A stretch of DNA of 64,000 bases from Bugula neritina (Eukaryota > Animalia > Bryozoa): the NCBI GenBank assembly GCA_964035545.1, contig OZ037766.1:28441673-28505672 (forward strand), written 5' to 3'. Position numbers and translations under genes: made by a program. The notes beneath the pieces are model-generated. The model was not told where the DNA came from and searched no databases. It saw only the letters and a program-made list of their open reading frames with translations. This document shows positions 38,941 through 52,800 of the stretch, piece after piece. Position 1 is the stretch's first letter. Every line of letters begins with the position of its first letter.

Positions 38941-39484
38941 TGTAATGGATTCTCATCCTCTATTGTTCTGAAATAACTGCGTGCATCAGTACTATAAATA
39001 CTGTTGCGTATCGTTCTTAATGCTGTAATTATAGTTAAGTAAGCTAGCTTGCTAATGCCTAAGTATGGTGATTACTGTTAAGCTTTCAGCATAATGTAAT
39101 TTTACTGAAATACGCATTCTGAAGTTATGTAATATCTCTTTTACTAATGGTGCTTTTCTTTTACTAATGTTGCTTTCTTTTGTGTGTGTCCTTGGTTGCT
39201 GAGATCGGCACTTCGGTCTTCCGAAATGCCAATGTACCGAAAATCGACACTTTTCGGCATTTCGGAACCAGATCTCGGCAACAAAGGAATGTCTTTGTCT
39301 CGCTTGTATATAAAAGCCAGCGAGTTCCAGTGTAGTTCAGACTACTACTGGAGCTCGCTGGTAGTAGGGCCATAAGCTGTATCTGATGCAAATAAAGTTA
39401 TCTTTCATTCGTACGCAAATACTTGGCTTATTCTTTCTAGAGCATGTAGGCACTAGTTGCATTCAAAACCCACAGTTTACTACA
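38941..39484 (+). mobile_element. Solo LTR (Ty3/gypsy-like), 544 bp
   Basis: TGTA...TACA termini, ATAT 4-bp direct repeat on both flanks, TATATAAAAG at 39307 and AATAAA at 39391, in U3-R-U5 order. Confidence 0.7.
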
Positions 39485-40868
39485 ATATAACTTATACTAT
39501 GAAAATATGAACTTTATTTTCAGATAAAATTTAATTAAATAACACCAAAACAACACTTGCAGTAATGTTACAGTATATTAATATAAACTGATAGTAGTGA
39601 GACAAGCTTTCATGTCAATGTAATTACTAAGATAGTCAATATTGATTAACCATACATTGCACTATACATTGTTTATTAGTTACGAAATAAAAAGAGTAGA
39701 AATAAAAAACTTATTTCAGTCATTAGCAGCATAAAAAATTAACTAAAAAATAGACAACCCATTTAAGCTTTTCCTGGACTTTTAAAAAAATGAGCAAAAT
39801 AGACTAAAATTTATCAAATTTTAAAAATAATGGACATCAGTTTTGATGAGCTTAAAATATCTATTCTGGGATATCAACATTTGTCTGTTCAGAAGCAGCC
39901 ATGTTCTTCAGTTTTCTACAACACATGCATTGAAGTCAGCGGGACATTAGAAACATGTGAATATAACTCCACAAGGGAATACAAGCTCAAAGCTAACTGT
40001 ATAATCCAAGTGTAGGGAAACTAGTTGTGTGAGAGTAGAAAGCGTGTGACTGATATAGAGTTGTTAGTGGATGACTTTACAACAAAAATAATACACAGAA
40101 TTGAGGGAGAAGTTTATAAGCAAAATAAACTAATTGCAAACGACTAGCAAAACTGAAGTGTGAGTGCTGACAACAAATACTCTAAATATATCAACTAATT
40201 TTAGACAGCTTTAGTGTGGTGTGGTGGAAGAGGGGTGTGGTGGAAGAAGGGTGTGGTGGGGGAGGTGTGTGGTGGAAGAGGTGTGTGGGAGAAGGAGAGG
40301 GCAGATGTCAGGATTAGCTTTCCCAAGTTGAGAAAAACTGCAAATATGTTCTGAACAGCATCTTAGCATCTTAAAACATGTTCTAATATTCACAGAGCTA
40401 CAAAATGAAGAAAGCCACTGAACTTTATATAGGAGTCTGATGTAAGTTTCAACATAGGCACAAAGTAACCTCCATGGTACGAGGATAGGGCAAAGGTAAG
40501 AGGGTGGGAGGAGAGTAGAAGGGTGGTAGGTGGATAGCAGAAGGGTAAGAGGAGAGTGGGAGGAGGGTAGTATACTTATTAGAAGCAGAGCTTAAAAGAA
40601 TTGATGAAATACTCAAAAAAACAAGCAGAGCCACTCTAGTAGGTAGATGCAGTAGATTATTATAACAAAAGCAGTGAAAGCAATGCCAAACATACTAGAG
40701 GTGAGGTGGTTCAGTACATTGCAGTAGATTACACTTCATACTGAGTATGCGTTTCAGCAGATTACACTTCATCAAATGTATTTAAAAAGCCATGCAATGA
40801 AGACCATCACACCTGAAGTTGAAACCCGCCACTAGAAAGCTATTAGAACAAGCGTACAACACTAACCT

Positions 40869-43800
40869 TTCTACTCACCTACTCTCTATCCTCTCACATT
40901 TTGGGCAGTTTTTATTGCGTTTGTTGTAGCAGTTGCTATGGTAACAAGAGAGGCAATCTACAGACAAACAAACAACTATAAAGAACAAAACAGCTGCTGC
41001 TATGGTAACATGAGAGGCAATATACAGATAATAATGCACATCACAGAAGTATAATGGCATTGCTATGGTAACAGCAGAGGCTATCAACAGACAGAAATAG
41101 CGACACAAGAATACACCAGCTGTTGCTCTGCAAATGCAGTGTTAACAATCTGAACATAGATTTCACAACTGTTACTCCAGAAACAGATTTAAAAAATTTA
41201 CAGATTCCCTAATGCTTGCATGTACAAAAGCATCAAGGCGTGTGACTAAAAATCATATTGTGGTGCCTCAATATGTCAACATGATTCGTCTGGCCACAAT
41301 GGTGACCCATTTATGGAAAAATTTGAAGATGGTAGACTTACGATTGCACCGGACAACTTTGTCAAACTGAAATGGAAAAAGGATGTCTTTTGAGTTATTG
41401 CATATTTCGCATACAAAACCTTTTGCCACACACAGCTAAAACAAATCAGATTTTTATATTACTGTAGAGAATGAATGCAGGAACTAGGCAATGAAATATG
41501 AGAGTATATCAACTATGCATGTAGGTGAGAGTAAAAAGCAACAGATAAACTTCACAGAGTTGCATTCAAAAGCTGCACTATGTTGTACCAACCACATGCA
41601 ACACATGCATCTTTATTTTGGATTTGAATGACAAGACATTTAAACAGAATTTCTATAGGAATTAGAAGCTGGGAGAGATAACTCTAAACAACCTTTATAC
41701 AGGCATAACTAAAAACTTGACAACTTCCCGTTGAATACAGTAAATAGACAGAGATTCTTTATGTAACCTGGGTAAAAAAAATTCCCAACAAAGCACAAGA
41801 ACCCAGGTTTGTGATGATCATCTAGCCGTATAGTATCTAAGGCTATTTTCAGCCCCCACCCCTTACTTATACTAAAACCAAATTGTGAAATTCTTCAACA
41901 CTGACATTCTATGAGTGAAAATTCAGCTAACATTCCATAAGTAAACTATAGTACTGTTCAGACCATCACTTCTACTAGACTGTAGCTTTATTTATATGAA
42001 CAGATAATGGTTATGGCTACTGCAGCAGAAACCGTGAATTCTGTCCAGCTATATATCCTAGAACACTTAAACATATGTGTTTAGGTATATTATAACCAGC
42101 ATTTTTTATATTTCTCTTTCCAAATCACAATACTACATGTACTATATAACACAATATTAACTAACAAGGATGTGATGCACTAATGAAGTGTATGAACTGT
42201 TGAACATAAATGAGAATTATTAAACCAGCTAATGTTTGTGACTTGCTCAATGTTGAGAAGTTTTTATATTAGTTGAGACGGTTAGCATACAGATAGGGGC
42301 GTAGTGTACATAAGGGGTTGGTAATTAGGGGCGTAGTGTATCTAAGGGGTTGGTGATGATGAAGGTAGTAAAAGATATACTCACTGGGCAATCTAATATA
42401 TGACTTATCACCGACTTGGCCACTTCTTGCAGCTCTCGGTCTAAGACTTTAGATTTGGCCTACAAACAGTAATTTAGTACTGTAACTATGACTATAACAC
42501 AATATAATACGAAAAAATATAATAAAATAGTATATATAATTATGTAAAAAGAAACACTAAAATATATCTGGATAAATGTTTAAACTTAGAGCGGGTGTAA
42601 TATCTACAGAGTAAGTCAATTGAAGAGCAAATACACAGCTGAGTTGGGTCTGTCCACATAGTAAATCGAATAAGTATTGGCGTTTGTCCCTGAAAATATT
42701 TTCATGAATAGCGAGATGTATTAATAATTTTGGATTATCAGATATGATTCAAAATCAAAGAGCTCTGATAGGCTGACTAGTCTAAAAGTTATGTACTTAC
42801 ACTAGCTAACTTACTTATAACGGAGTACATATATATAATATACACAACACTTACACTGATTAAGCTATGTATATAACACATGTAGATTATATATATAATA
42901 TATATACACACTTACACTGAGCAAATCATTTATAGAGTATAAATGTACATCGTCCAACATGTACGAAGGTATTGCCGACATTTTCTCATAAAATCTAAAA
43001 TATGAAGTTTCCTAAATACACACACAAGAAATTCACACTAAGAGCCTAGAAAACTTCTGTCACTGCTAGTCAGTTATCAACACTGCAGAATTTAGCACTG
43101 TGACTACTTAGTACTGTGACTATTCACTCAGTACTGTGACTATTCACTTAGTATTGTGACTATTCACTTAGTACTGTGACTATTCACTTAGTACTCAGAC
43201 TACTTACTCTGTGGCCAGTCTGCAGGAGACCAGAAAGGGTCTTGAAAAACGAAGCTGCAATCTAGAACGAGTAATTCTTTGCAGAGTCTTGACTTTCTGC
43301 AGTAAACCTATGCTGATGTCAAGGACATTGAAGAGTGGGTCGGCTGCCATTCTCTCAATGAGATCAAATGAGAACTTGGATACCGGGTACTAAAATAACA
43401 GTTTATATGCTGCCAATAAAATATATGATGCCAATATGGTAAATATGCTGCCAATAACAACAAAACACGGCCATGTTTGTGACAAAATATTCTTGCTAAC
43501 TTTCAAATTACAAAAAAAAACATCATCAAATAGGTTTCAGTAATTTTTTCAACCACCTTATAACGGGTCTACCAGTTACAAGTAGTTAAATCAAAAGCCT
43601 TGTATACTTGGGCAGAATAGAGTGATTGGAGTTGTCCTAACCTTGGTAAAGTCCCATTTGTGAAGAATTCTGGCCGGAATAATAGATAAGTTGTTGGTGT
43701 GACAGCAATGGCAGAAATATTTACCCAGATATTCACAATATCTAAACCTCTTCAAATAACCTACAATATGTGATGACATGAGAAGACAATGGAGACTTCA

Positions 43801-46800
43801 GACCACAGATTAGCAACAGTATAGTTCCTTCTTCACGTATTGCTACTCGGCAACAAACACGCTGTAGTTATTCGCATCACTGAGTCAAAAACTTAAAATA
43901 AAGTGCAGACTTGTGTATCTGAAGCTCCTGTGAAAATAAATAAAAGGTTTTGCATCAAACTATTTTGACTAAAAAACGAGTGAAATATGCTTAAAATGAC
44001 GCAATATCCTGCGATCAGATGTTCCTTCAAACACCTGTACTTAGATGGCAGTATTTGGTGAAAAAGTGACGCAATCTCGAGAACTAATCACTTTTTTAAA
44101 AAAAGCAGAAAATTTTTATATAAATACCGTTGTTCACAACCAAAAATTATTTAAGCAACCAAAACAATGCTTTTTTATTGGATTTTTTCTGGCCTTCATG
44201 TTCCAATTGGTCTCATTATTAATGCAAAATTTAATGTGTTCAAAATGAGACAATTAACTTATTAAAATAAATATTTTATTAAAGTAAATATTGCATTAAA
44301 CGCACTGCCTCACTAATATGCAGGCATATCAACTTTTTATGAAGTGAGATAAAATATAAGAATTTCTCAAATTAAACATGAGAGTTAAAGAGAGAAGAGA
44401 GAAAGGCATACCTTGCTCTATTTTCATACCACAGCCAGCACACCTGTAGTTCTGCTTACTAATAAGTATCTTTCTCCTGAAATACAAGAAGATGAGTTAC
44501 ATAGAGATGACTTATACCAACACAAACAGGGGAGATAACTTCTTAAGCCAATATCGGAGTATTTGAGGCTTTATTGAAGCTAAAAGCTGACTAAGCATGG
44601 AAGTGGAACTAGTGTCAGAGCGTGACTCAGCCATGAGTTAGTAGTCACATGGGCTATGAGTCATGGAGAGGCTTCAAGTGCTATTGGAGTTGTGACAGCA
44701 AATTTAGTAAAATATAGTGGAATAAAGGATTCAACTTGTGAAAAAAGGGTTTGTCAAACTGATGCAATAATGATTCCGGCACCCACTTTTATAGAAAGCT
44801 GTTAGTACTTTATTTGCTTTCAATTTTCATCATGGAAAATAAATGGAAACCCAGTGTGTTTTGGTGGAGCAGTTGAAAGAGAAGCAGCACTAACCCGGGG
44901 TTGGGGTGAATATTGAAGATAATCTGAGGTCGTGGAGGAGCCCAGTCAGCATTTCCACGGATCCGAGTTCCTTTTCTACCTTCCATCATGTCGTCAGGAG
45001 AGATAGGCAGCGAGTCAGGTAGCGGCAGCAACTGAGAGTATTACAGACAGCGTGTCAAAGAGTGAGTCAGCCAACCCGGATGGATTAACGGAACATAATG
45101 CGTGAAATCTAACAATTACTGTTTACAAGAAATGCAAATGGCTAATAAGAATAAATTACAAAAATTTAGAAGATCTGACCACTTTATAGAAGTAGAGACA
45201 TAATAGTGTTATGTCATGTTATGTTATGTTATTGTAGTAGCTGTTCAGCATAAATTGATTAACTGTTACTGTAAATTATGACCGTTACTGTTACTAATAA
45301 CTGTGACTGCTACTGTGACTATTAACTGTAACGATGACTGCTGTAACTGCTACTTTAAGTTCTACTGGAAGTATAAACTGTGACTATGACTACTGTTGCT
45401 ACACCGTGACAAGATTGTCTTGTATATTACAGAACATTCTAGATAAGTGTTTGGTTATACAGAGCTGGAATTACTCACAGCTTGAGGTGCCTCCTTCTCA
45501 GATACCAGCCAGACCAGTTCATCAGCTTTGGGTAGATGATACTCATTAAACTGGCTGAGTAGTGAGAGGGCTACTTGGTCAGCAGAGGGGTTGACGTTAC
45601 TTGACAGCCCACTATCAGACCTACACACATTGTGGGAACTTAGTTTATACATATACATATACTAGTATTTTTATTGTTATTGCATTACATTTATTCATAT
45701 ACTTAACTCCTAACTTAACATAGATGAAAAAAATTATTCAATTTCAACACAAATTAACAAAAATTTTACCAAGCTATTTTTGAATTATTCAAATTCAAAA
45801 GGTTTATACATCAAAGTGAAATAATTGAGAATCATTTTTGGATTTCCAATTCAGCCGCGATTAGTTCAGATCCAACCCTCAAAAAAAGAATGTAGAAAGT
45901 GTCAAGGCCATTCTACAGTCTCATACTTCACTTTCTCGAATGCAACGCCTATCTACTGTATAACACTAAGAAAACACACTTTTAATGAAAAATATTTTAT
46001 AAAAAGTATTAATGGCGTTTCCGTTGCAGAAAAAATACCACGTTAAATGATGGCAAAGCATGCAGCTTCAAGCCAAAGGTTTTGCTGAATATTCCACTCC
46101 AATGTTTAATAATTTGTTAGGAAATTAATACCTCCATTTAACATGGCTAAAATTGGGTTGTTATTATTAATACTACTACTAACTGAGTTACCACTACTAA
46201 CTGAGTTGCTACTACTAACTGAGTTACTACTACTTACTGAGTTACTACTACTAACTGAGTTACTACTACTAACTGAGTTACTACTACTAACTGAGTTACT
46301 ACTACTAACTGAGTTACTACTACTAACTGAGTTACAATCACAGTGAATCACTACTGAGTGAACCCAACATTGTTAGCCAATCATGTGAAAGCTATCACTA
46401 CTCACAGCCTATCAGTGAATAGTAATCCATCTCGAAGAGTGAGCAAAGAGTCTGTGTCGGAGGGAACAGAGCTATTGTACTCGTCTTCTTCACTAAACAT
46501 GGAATCTGCAACAATAAATATCTAACTACATCACAGGAAACAGTATCTATCTACAGCAGACTAACCAGTATTTGCTCTGTCGCACACCACACACATTTGC
46601 TTTATTTCAGTGCCTTGACCATGAAAACAGCAAAAAACAGTCTTGCCTTGTCAATCGCTTAAAAATCCAATCTGAGGTGGTGCAGACAATCAATACAGAC
46701 TTAGTATCTATCGGCAGCAAATAGCACATATCTGCAGCAATTAATAAATACCTGAAGTACAGTAAATAGTATTAATCTGCAGTAATGTTAACTCAAATAA

Positions 46801-49800
46801 TGAAATCTCAAATAGGTCAAAATTTTTACCAGCACGTGATAAGCTCAATTTGCTTAAAAGATACCAATTATTTCACAATTAGTATAGAGCACACACACAG
46901 CATCCATCTGCAGAAGATAATATCACCAGGTAAGTAGGACCTACCTGAGTCTCTGATGGAGTTACTGTGAGATGAAGACTTTGGAGTTGCCCCACTACTA
47001 CTCTTCTCACTGGCCAAACCGTGCTTTTTCATAAACCTCTGCTTTTTCTTCTCCTGCCAAACCGAATATTTATTAGAACACACAGTGACGTAATGCAACT
47101 ATACTGTACATACTGCATCTACTCACACATGCTGAACACTACTGTATAATATTCCAACTGAACGCAAAATGTTACACCCAAAATATTTATTCTTTCCAAT
47201 TATTCAGTAGTTTAAACTTTTATTTCAATACAAAACAAGTTATTTCAGAAATATGCGATTTTTACACCATGTACATATTAGCTAGAAAGTTGAAAACAGC
47301 AAGCTGCATTTACCCCTATAATATATCAACGTTTTTAGTCAATAAAATACGACAGTCCCCTTAAATATACAGTTACAGGTTGTACCTTTATTCTCTGTTT
47401 TAGCCTCACAATCTCCTCGTCACTTTCTAGCTCACTGTCCTCCAGCTGAGACAGGTTCTCAAGAAGGGGGGGTTCAGCGGGCCTCAACACCTGGTTCCAC
47501 TTCATGTATTCTATAGCGGCTATCAGAGCCTCTGAGATGGCAAAGTGAGCATTCTCCTGTGAGGGGAGATAAACACGAGATTCAACGAGAAGACAATTCT
47601 TAAAATTCACATTTGCACACAACTCTAGTGGTAGAAAATTTAGAAGCAGACTTGTAAACAATAAGAATTTACAATATGGAGTCAAATGACTAAATTAGCA
47701 GAATATTTTTAGATGTATCAGTTTACACTTAACACAATCACCAGACTAACCCTGTCAAGTTCGGCGCAGGTATCAAAATCTTGTGATGATAGGTAACTCT
47801 TGAGAGATTCTCCAGGGCTAGGCTGTGTTAAAAAACCTTGACTAAAAGTTCCACCTACAGAAAACTACATTGCTTAGAAATAGATACTCAAAGGAGAAGC
47901 CAATCATGTGCAAGCTAGGTACTAGAGTAAATGTCATTGAGCTTTTGCATTGTTTTGACTCAGTGTGTTTAAATTTTCTAACTGAATTTAGAAAATTATT
48001 TCAGAGAGAGAACAACTCTGGAAAAAGAGAGAACACCTATATTACTATCATGATGATATACACACGTGGCTATAGGCTAGCCTTACCTCTGGACACACTG
48101 CTGGCATTGTGTAGCCTATGAGCCATAGAAGAGTTCTTATCAGGCAGGCTGGATGAGAAGACCGCCCCGTCTACACTGTCCACAGATTGCTGAACGAGTG
48201 CGGATTTCAGCTTATGTTGACCTTTTGAAAAGCCTAGTTCTGATTTAGACCTTTGGTGACCTTTCATTGGTTGCTTTCCTTTACTAACTTTCTTTTGATT
48301 GGCTGGCTGTAAAGATTAAATCAAACGCCGAGATAATGCCAGTTGAGCAAATATTAGCAAAAAAAATTTTAACACTAGATATAAATAAGACGTCTGCCTT
48401 GGAAAAGAAATCTACAATAATATAACTACATGTATACAAAATGACTGAAAACCGACAATTGAATGATGGCAATAATTCAATAGTGCTAAAACTTGGCCAA
48501 ATTTCTAAAATTACATTACAGGTTTCTAACCCTATTCTATAAATAGATCTAAAATGATAAAACCTCTTTGAATAAATTACTTCATTGCCATCAAAACAAC
48601 ACACAATACTTCTGTGTAAATCTACGTACATGTGTATTGGAGTTGTGTGTCTCCTCTTCATTGTTAAGTATATTATCCAGCGTGACGCTGTCTTGGGACA
48701 TTCTAGAAGACTCCACCCACTTTTTGGCAGGAGTCATGGCCGGCTCTGCTTTGGACCTCAATGAAACTGTTGAAGAGGTCAATTCCTGAGTTAAAGGGTC
48801 TACAAACAGCACATTGAACAATAGAAAGTCAGAATTAATAAACGAATAAACACTAAAACAACGAAATTAAGCCGAAACTTGAAGTTGATTGTGCAAGACA
48901 GTTGGTAGTGTAGACAGAATAAATATAACAATAGAATTAATAAGATGATGATTTACTAGCTAAATACTCTTACAGAGTGATTATATCACATTCAGACACA
49001 ACATCAACATAATTCTACAAGAGAAGACAGGGAAAGTTTAGCACTAACCAGTAGGCTGGGTATGTGTCCTTGACCTCGGAGTATATGGTGATGATGACGA
49101 AGAGGTAGAGGAACGTCCTCTTGATATCTAAAGACACAAAATACACCATAAACTGTTTGTATGATTAATTCATCATTTTATAGCATCATAGTGTTGTCTT
49201 GCCATGGGTATAATTTCTGGTTGTTACTGCTACCTTTCATCAGCATTTTTCATTAATACATAAACAGTATCTATCATCAGCATCAATGTTATTGAGAGTT
49301 ATCTTTACTTACCAGACTATGATCAATGTTATTGAGAGTTATCTTCACTTACCAGACTATGGTCAATGTTATTGAGAGTTATCTTTACTTACCAGACTAT
49401 GATCAATGTTATTGAGAGTTATCTTTACTTACCAGACTATGATTACTGTTATTGAGAGTTATCTTCACTTACCATACTATGGTCAATGTTATTGAGAGTT
49501 ATCTTTACTTACCAGACTATGATCAATGTTATTGAGAGTTATCTTTACTTACCAGACTATAATCACTGTTATTGAGAGTTATGTTCACTTACCAAGCTAT
49601 GGTCAATGTTGGTGAGAGTTATCTTCACTTACCAAGCTATGATCAATGTTGGTGAGTAGAGAAGATTGATTTTTATCTACGGCTTCCAAACAGACACACA
49701 GGGCTTGGAAATAGTCATGATTACAGAGAAATGCGTCATCTACAATCCAGCAATACAAACTATAATGTACGTATATAGTAAATATTATATACATATGCAA

Positions 49801-52800
49801 AGGGCAGTGTTATTTACTACACAGAGTAAATAACACTGTGGTATCACTGTTCAGATGAGTGATAACATAATTTGGTTTGAAATATGAATCGGTCATGACA
49901 AGCAACCTGATTTAGAGACTGGAATACACATTATCAGCACTACTTGCACTCGGGACAGATTTTGATGTAGTTTTTGGTTAAGGGGGGGGGGGTGGTTTAG
50001 AAATGTTGCTGCTTTGCTTTGGTTTATTTTACAAATATTAATACTAGTATCCTATAGAATTAGCTGTATTATAAAACTGCACAATTGTATATGACTTCTT
50101 AATTGGCCAAGTGGTAATCAATAAAAAAGAATCAATTCAAAGTCAGATAAGGTAATTCCAGGTAGAATTTAGAAGCTAGTACAATTAGTTGTTCATCTTC
50201 TGTTATCTAAACTTCTTTCACTCTGCTCCCCTCAGTCAATCTGCCTCAATAAATTGCTGACTTTGCCAAATTTCTGCTTTCAGTATCATTTTTAGAGGCA
50301 TGAGGTTTAGAGCACGATTACTTGATATAAATACAGCTCTTGACAAAAAAGGCAGAAATTGCGAAATTGTTCAATAAATAGCAGCTGCTTTGATAAGAGA
50401 TACAGAGCTCAAATCAAGATGTCACATAAGCATGATTCTGTAAAATTTAGATCTTGTTTGGTGAAGGTTGGAAAACTCAAGTACATGTTAACTACTACAG
50501 CTGACTGCGTTAGTGAGCAAGGTACATATTACTGTGCTGACCCTTCAACCAGCCAAAGGTTGATACCCATGAATTCTTTAATCATATGGTACCCACAGTG
50601 CGGGTGACTACATTACTTAGTATTCTAAACTTTGTCATATAACTGATGTTATACAGAAAGAAGTTGCACAAACCTAGGTTTTCAGACTGTTGAACCAAAC
50701 CAATTGAAAACCTAAACTGATCAACACACATATGACTCACCATACCAAACCACACAAGACTGTATTACTAAATATGAATCCAGTCAAAACAGTATCTAGG
50801 CATTTCAAAATGACTCAAAAGAATCTCCAAAATAATCACCAACAATGAGAATTACAACATTTAGGAGCAGTAGTGGAGAAATTGAGATAGCCTAAATTCT
50901 TTAATTCAATTTTGGTTTGGGGAGCGAGTTGAAATCATTACAAGAGCATAACTTCTTTTGCTACATTTCTAATCTAGAACACAGGCTTTTCCTAATTTCT
51001 CCATTACTGCACCTATTTCAATTATCAGTCTCAAACAAAAATTTTAAATTACATAAATAAAAAACTTACTAATTAAACTACATTAAAGCTAAATGTTTCC
51101 ATCTAGTTGTGATTCATCATTCAATAATGAGCAGTATAATAACACTCTACTATCTTGTAAACCATACACAACTGTACAGTTTTGTTACTAACAAAGCTAA
51201 AACAATATGGCATCACTAGACAACCACTGGAATATGATCAGAATAATAGTAATATATTACACAGAAATGGGGTAAGAGAATACAATTACCAGCTGCCCCA
51301 TACTCTATGTATTCTGCATTAAACCAATATTTCAACAACAAAAATTCTAAACTAAAGAACTTCATTTAGTGCTTTATTCTGTTTGGTTATACAAGTTATA
51401 ACTGTAGGTGTGATAATAAGTTTAATTAATTGAATAATACTAATAGATTTAAAAGACTGAAACTGAATAGTAACTTGAAAAACTTGGAATCAACACAGTA
51501 AAACTAGTAGTAAGCAATTTCTCACCATTTCTGTGTAGTACACTTACAACCGATATTCAGTTAGTCTAATACTTTGCAGGAACACCAAATGATACTATAC
51601 AACTATGTATACTACTAATAACTGAAGATGGTGAGAGACACTATATAAAGAGATAAGAGTGACTGACAAATCACTGATTGGGTGATGGGGACAAGGAGAT
51701 ATCACAACAACTTGATAACAGCACGATTCATCTTATCTCAAATCAGCAGGAGTGGATAAAGAATTTATGGAAAGGGGTTGGAGATTGTCAAAAGATATAG
51801 AATAGAGAAATGCTAACAGGTTTAGCAAACAAAATTAAAATGAGGCTGAGAGAAATTGGGGAGGGAGCAAAGGGTAGGGCTAGACCCTCCAATATGAGTG
51901 TTTTTCTAGTGTTATCACTTTGACAAGCATTTGCAATAGCAAATGGTTTCTACATTATAATATATTCATAAGCATAGTAGTTTACCAAAAATTATTTAAA
52001 CTTAATTGTATTCACAAGTTTGTCATGTATACAATGATAAGTCAAGTTGAATTTAAAACTAGTGAGGGTAGCTATCCACTCCTTTTCCCTCCCCCTCTTC
52101 AATAAATACAGATAATAATACATACTACAGAGTTGCTAGCAACCACAACAATACTGCAGAGGTCAAAATAAAGTAGCCTGTTATTATTTATAAAACAAAA
52201 GACTTTGACAAACAAGTTTCACTAAATGTACAGCATTAGAGGTTTATAACTACAGAGAAATGTCATGTTCAATGCTGCATTAACTTTCAACTAAATATAT
52301 TAATTGGTAAAGCTGGAGGCTATAGGGAATTTTACACTTGACCTTAATTCACAAATGCAACCAAAATATTCCATCTATTCGCTGGTCAGCAGACAAGGAT
52401 TACTGAATATTTCAAAATTACAGATGGTAATAATTTCTAACAGATCACCAGCCATTGAACACTGTGCACTTAGCTATAGGAGCCCGGCCTCCATAAAAGT
52501 TGTAGAACTTGCCTATGTTTATAGTCTCCAACCCTGTGAGAACCCCTGACAGTAAGGGTCTTGCAAGCAGGCTAAGGACTTGTTTTTTATTGTAGCAAAG
52601 AGGCAGCTATGACTGAATGGCCTTCCTAACATCACCCGGAGATTTATAATTTTTATTACCAAAATCTGTTACTTAGAGGAGTCTAAAGCAGCTGATATAA
52701 GCTTGTGATACAATAAAACATACCATTGTAAAATCTAAGGAGATTCTGTTCATCAGACACTAGAGTCTTCAATTGAGCTAGCATAGTATGAGAACGTAGA

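Noticed and set aside
39164-39440. Short ORFs or a possible terminal Rubicon exon
   Set aside because: They lie within the putative solo LTR and show no Rubicon similarity. The true last exon could not be chosen among candidates.
46106-46351. (NSVSSS)n / (LLLTEL)n ORFs
   Set aside because: Intronic 18-bp minisatellite with no splice support.
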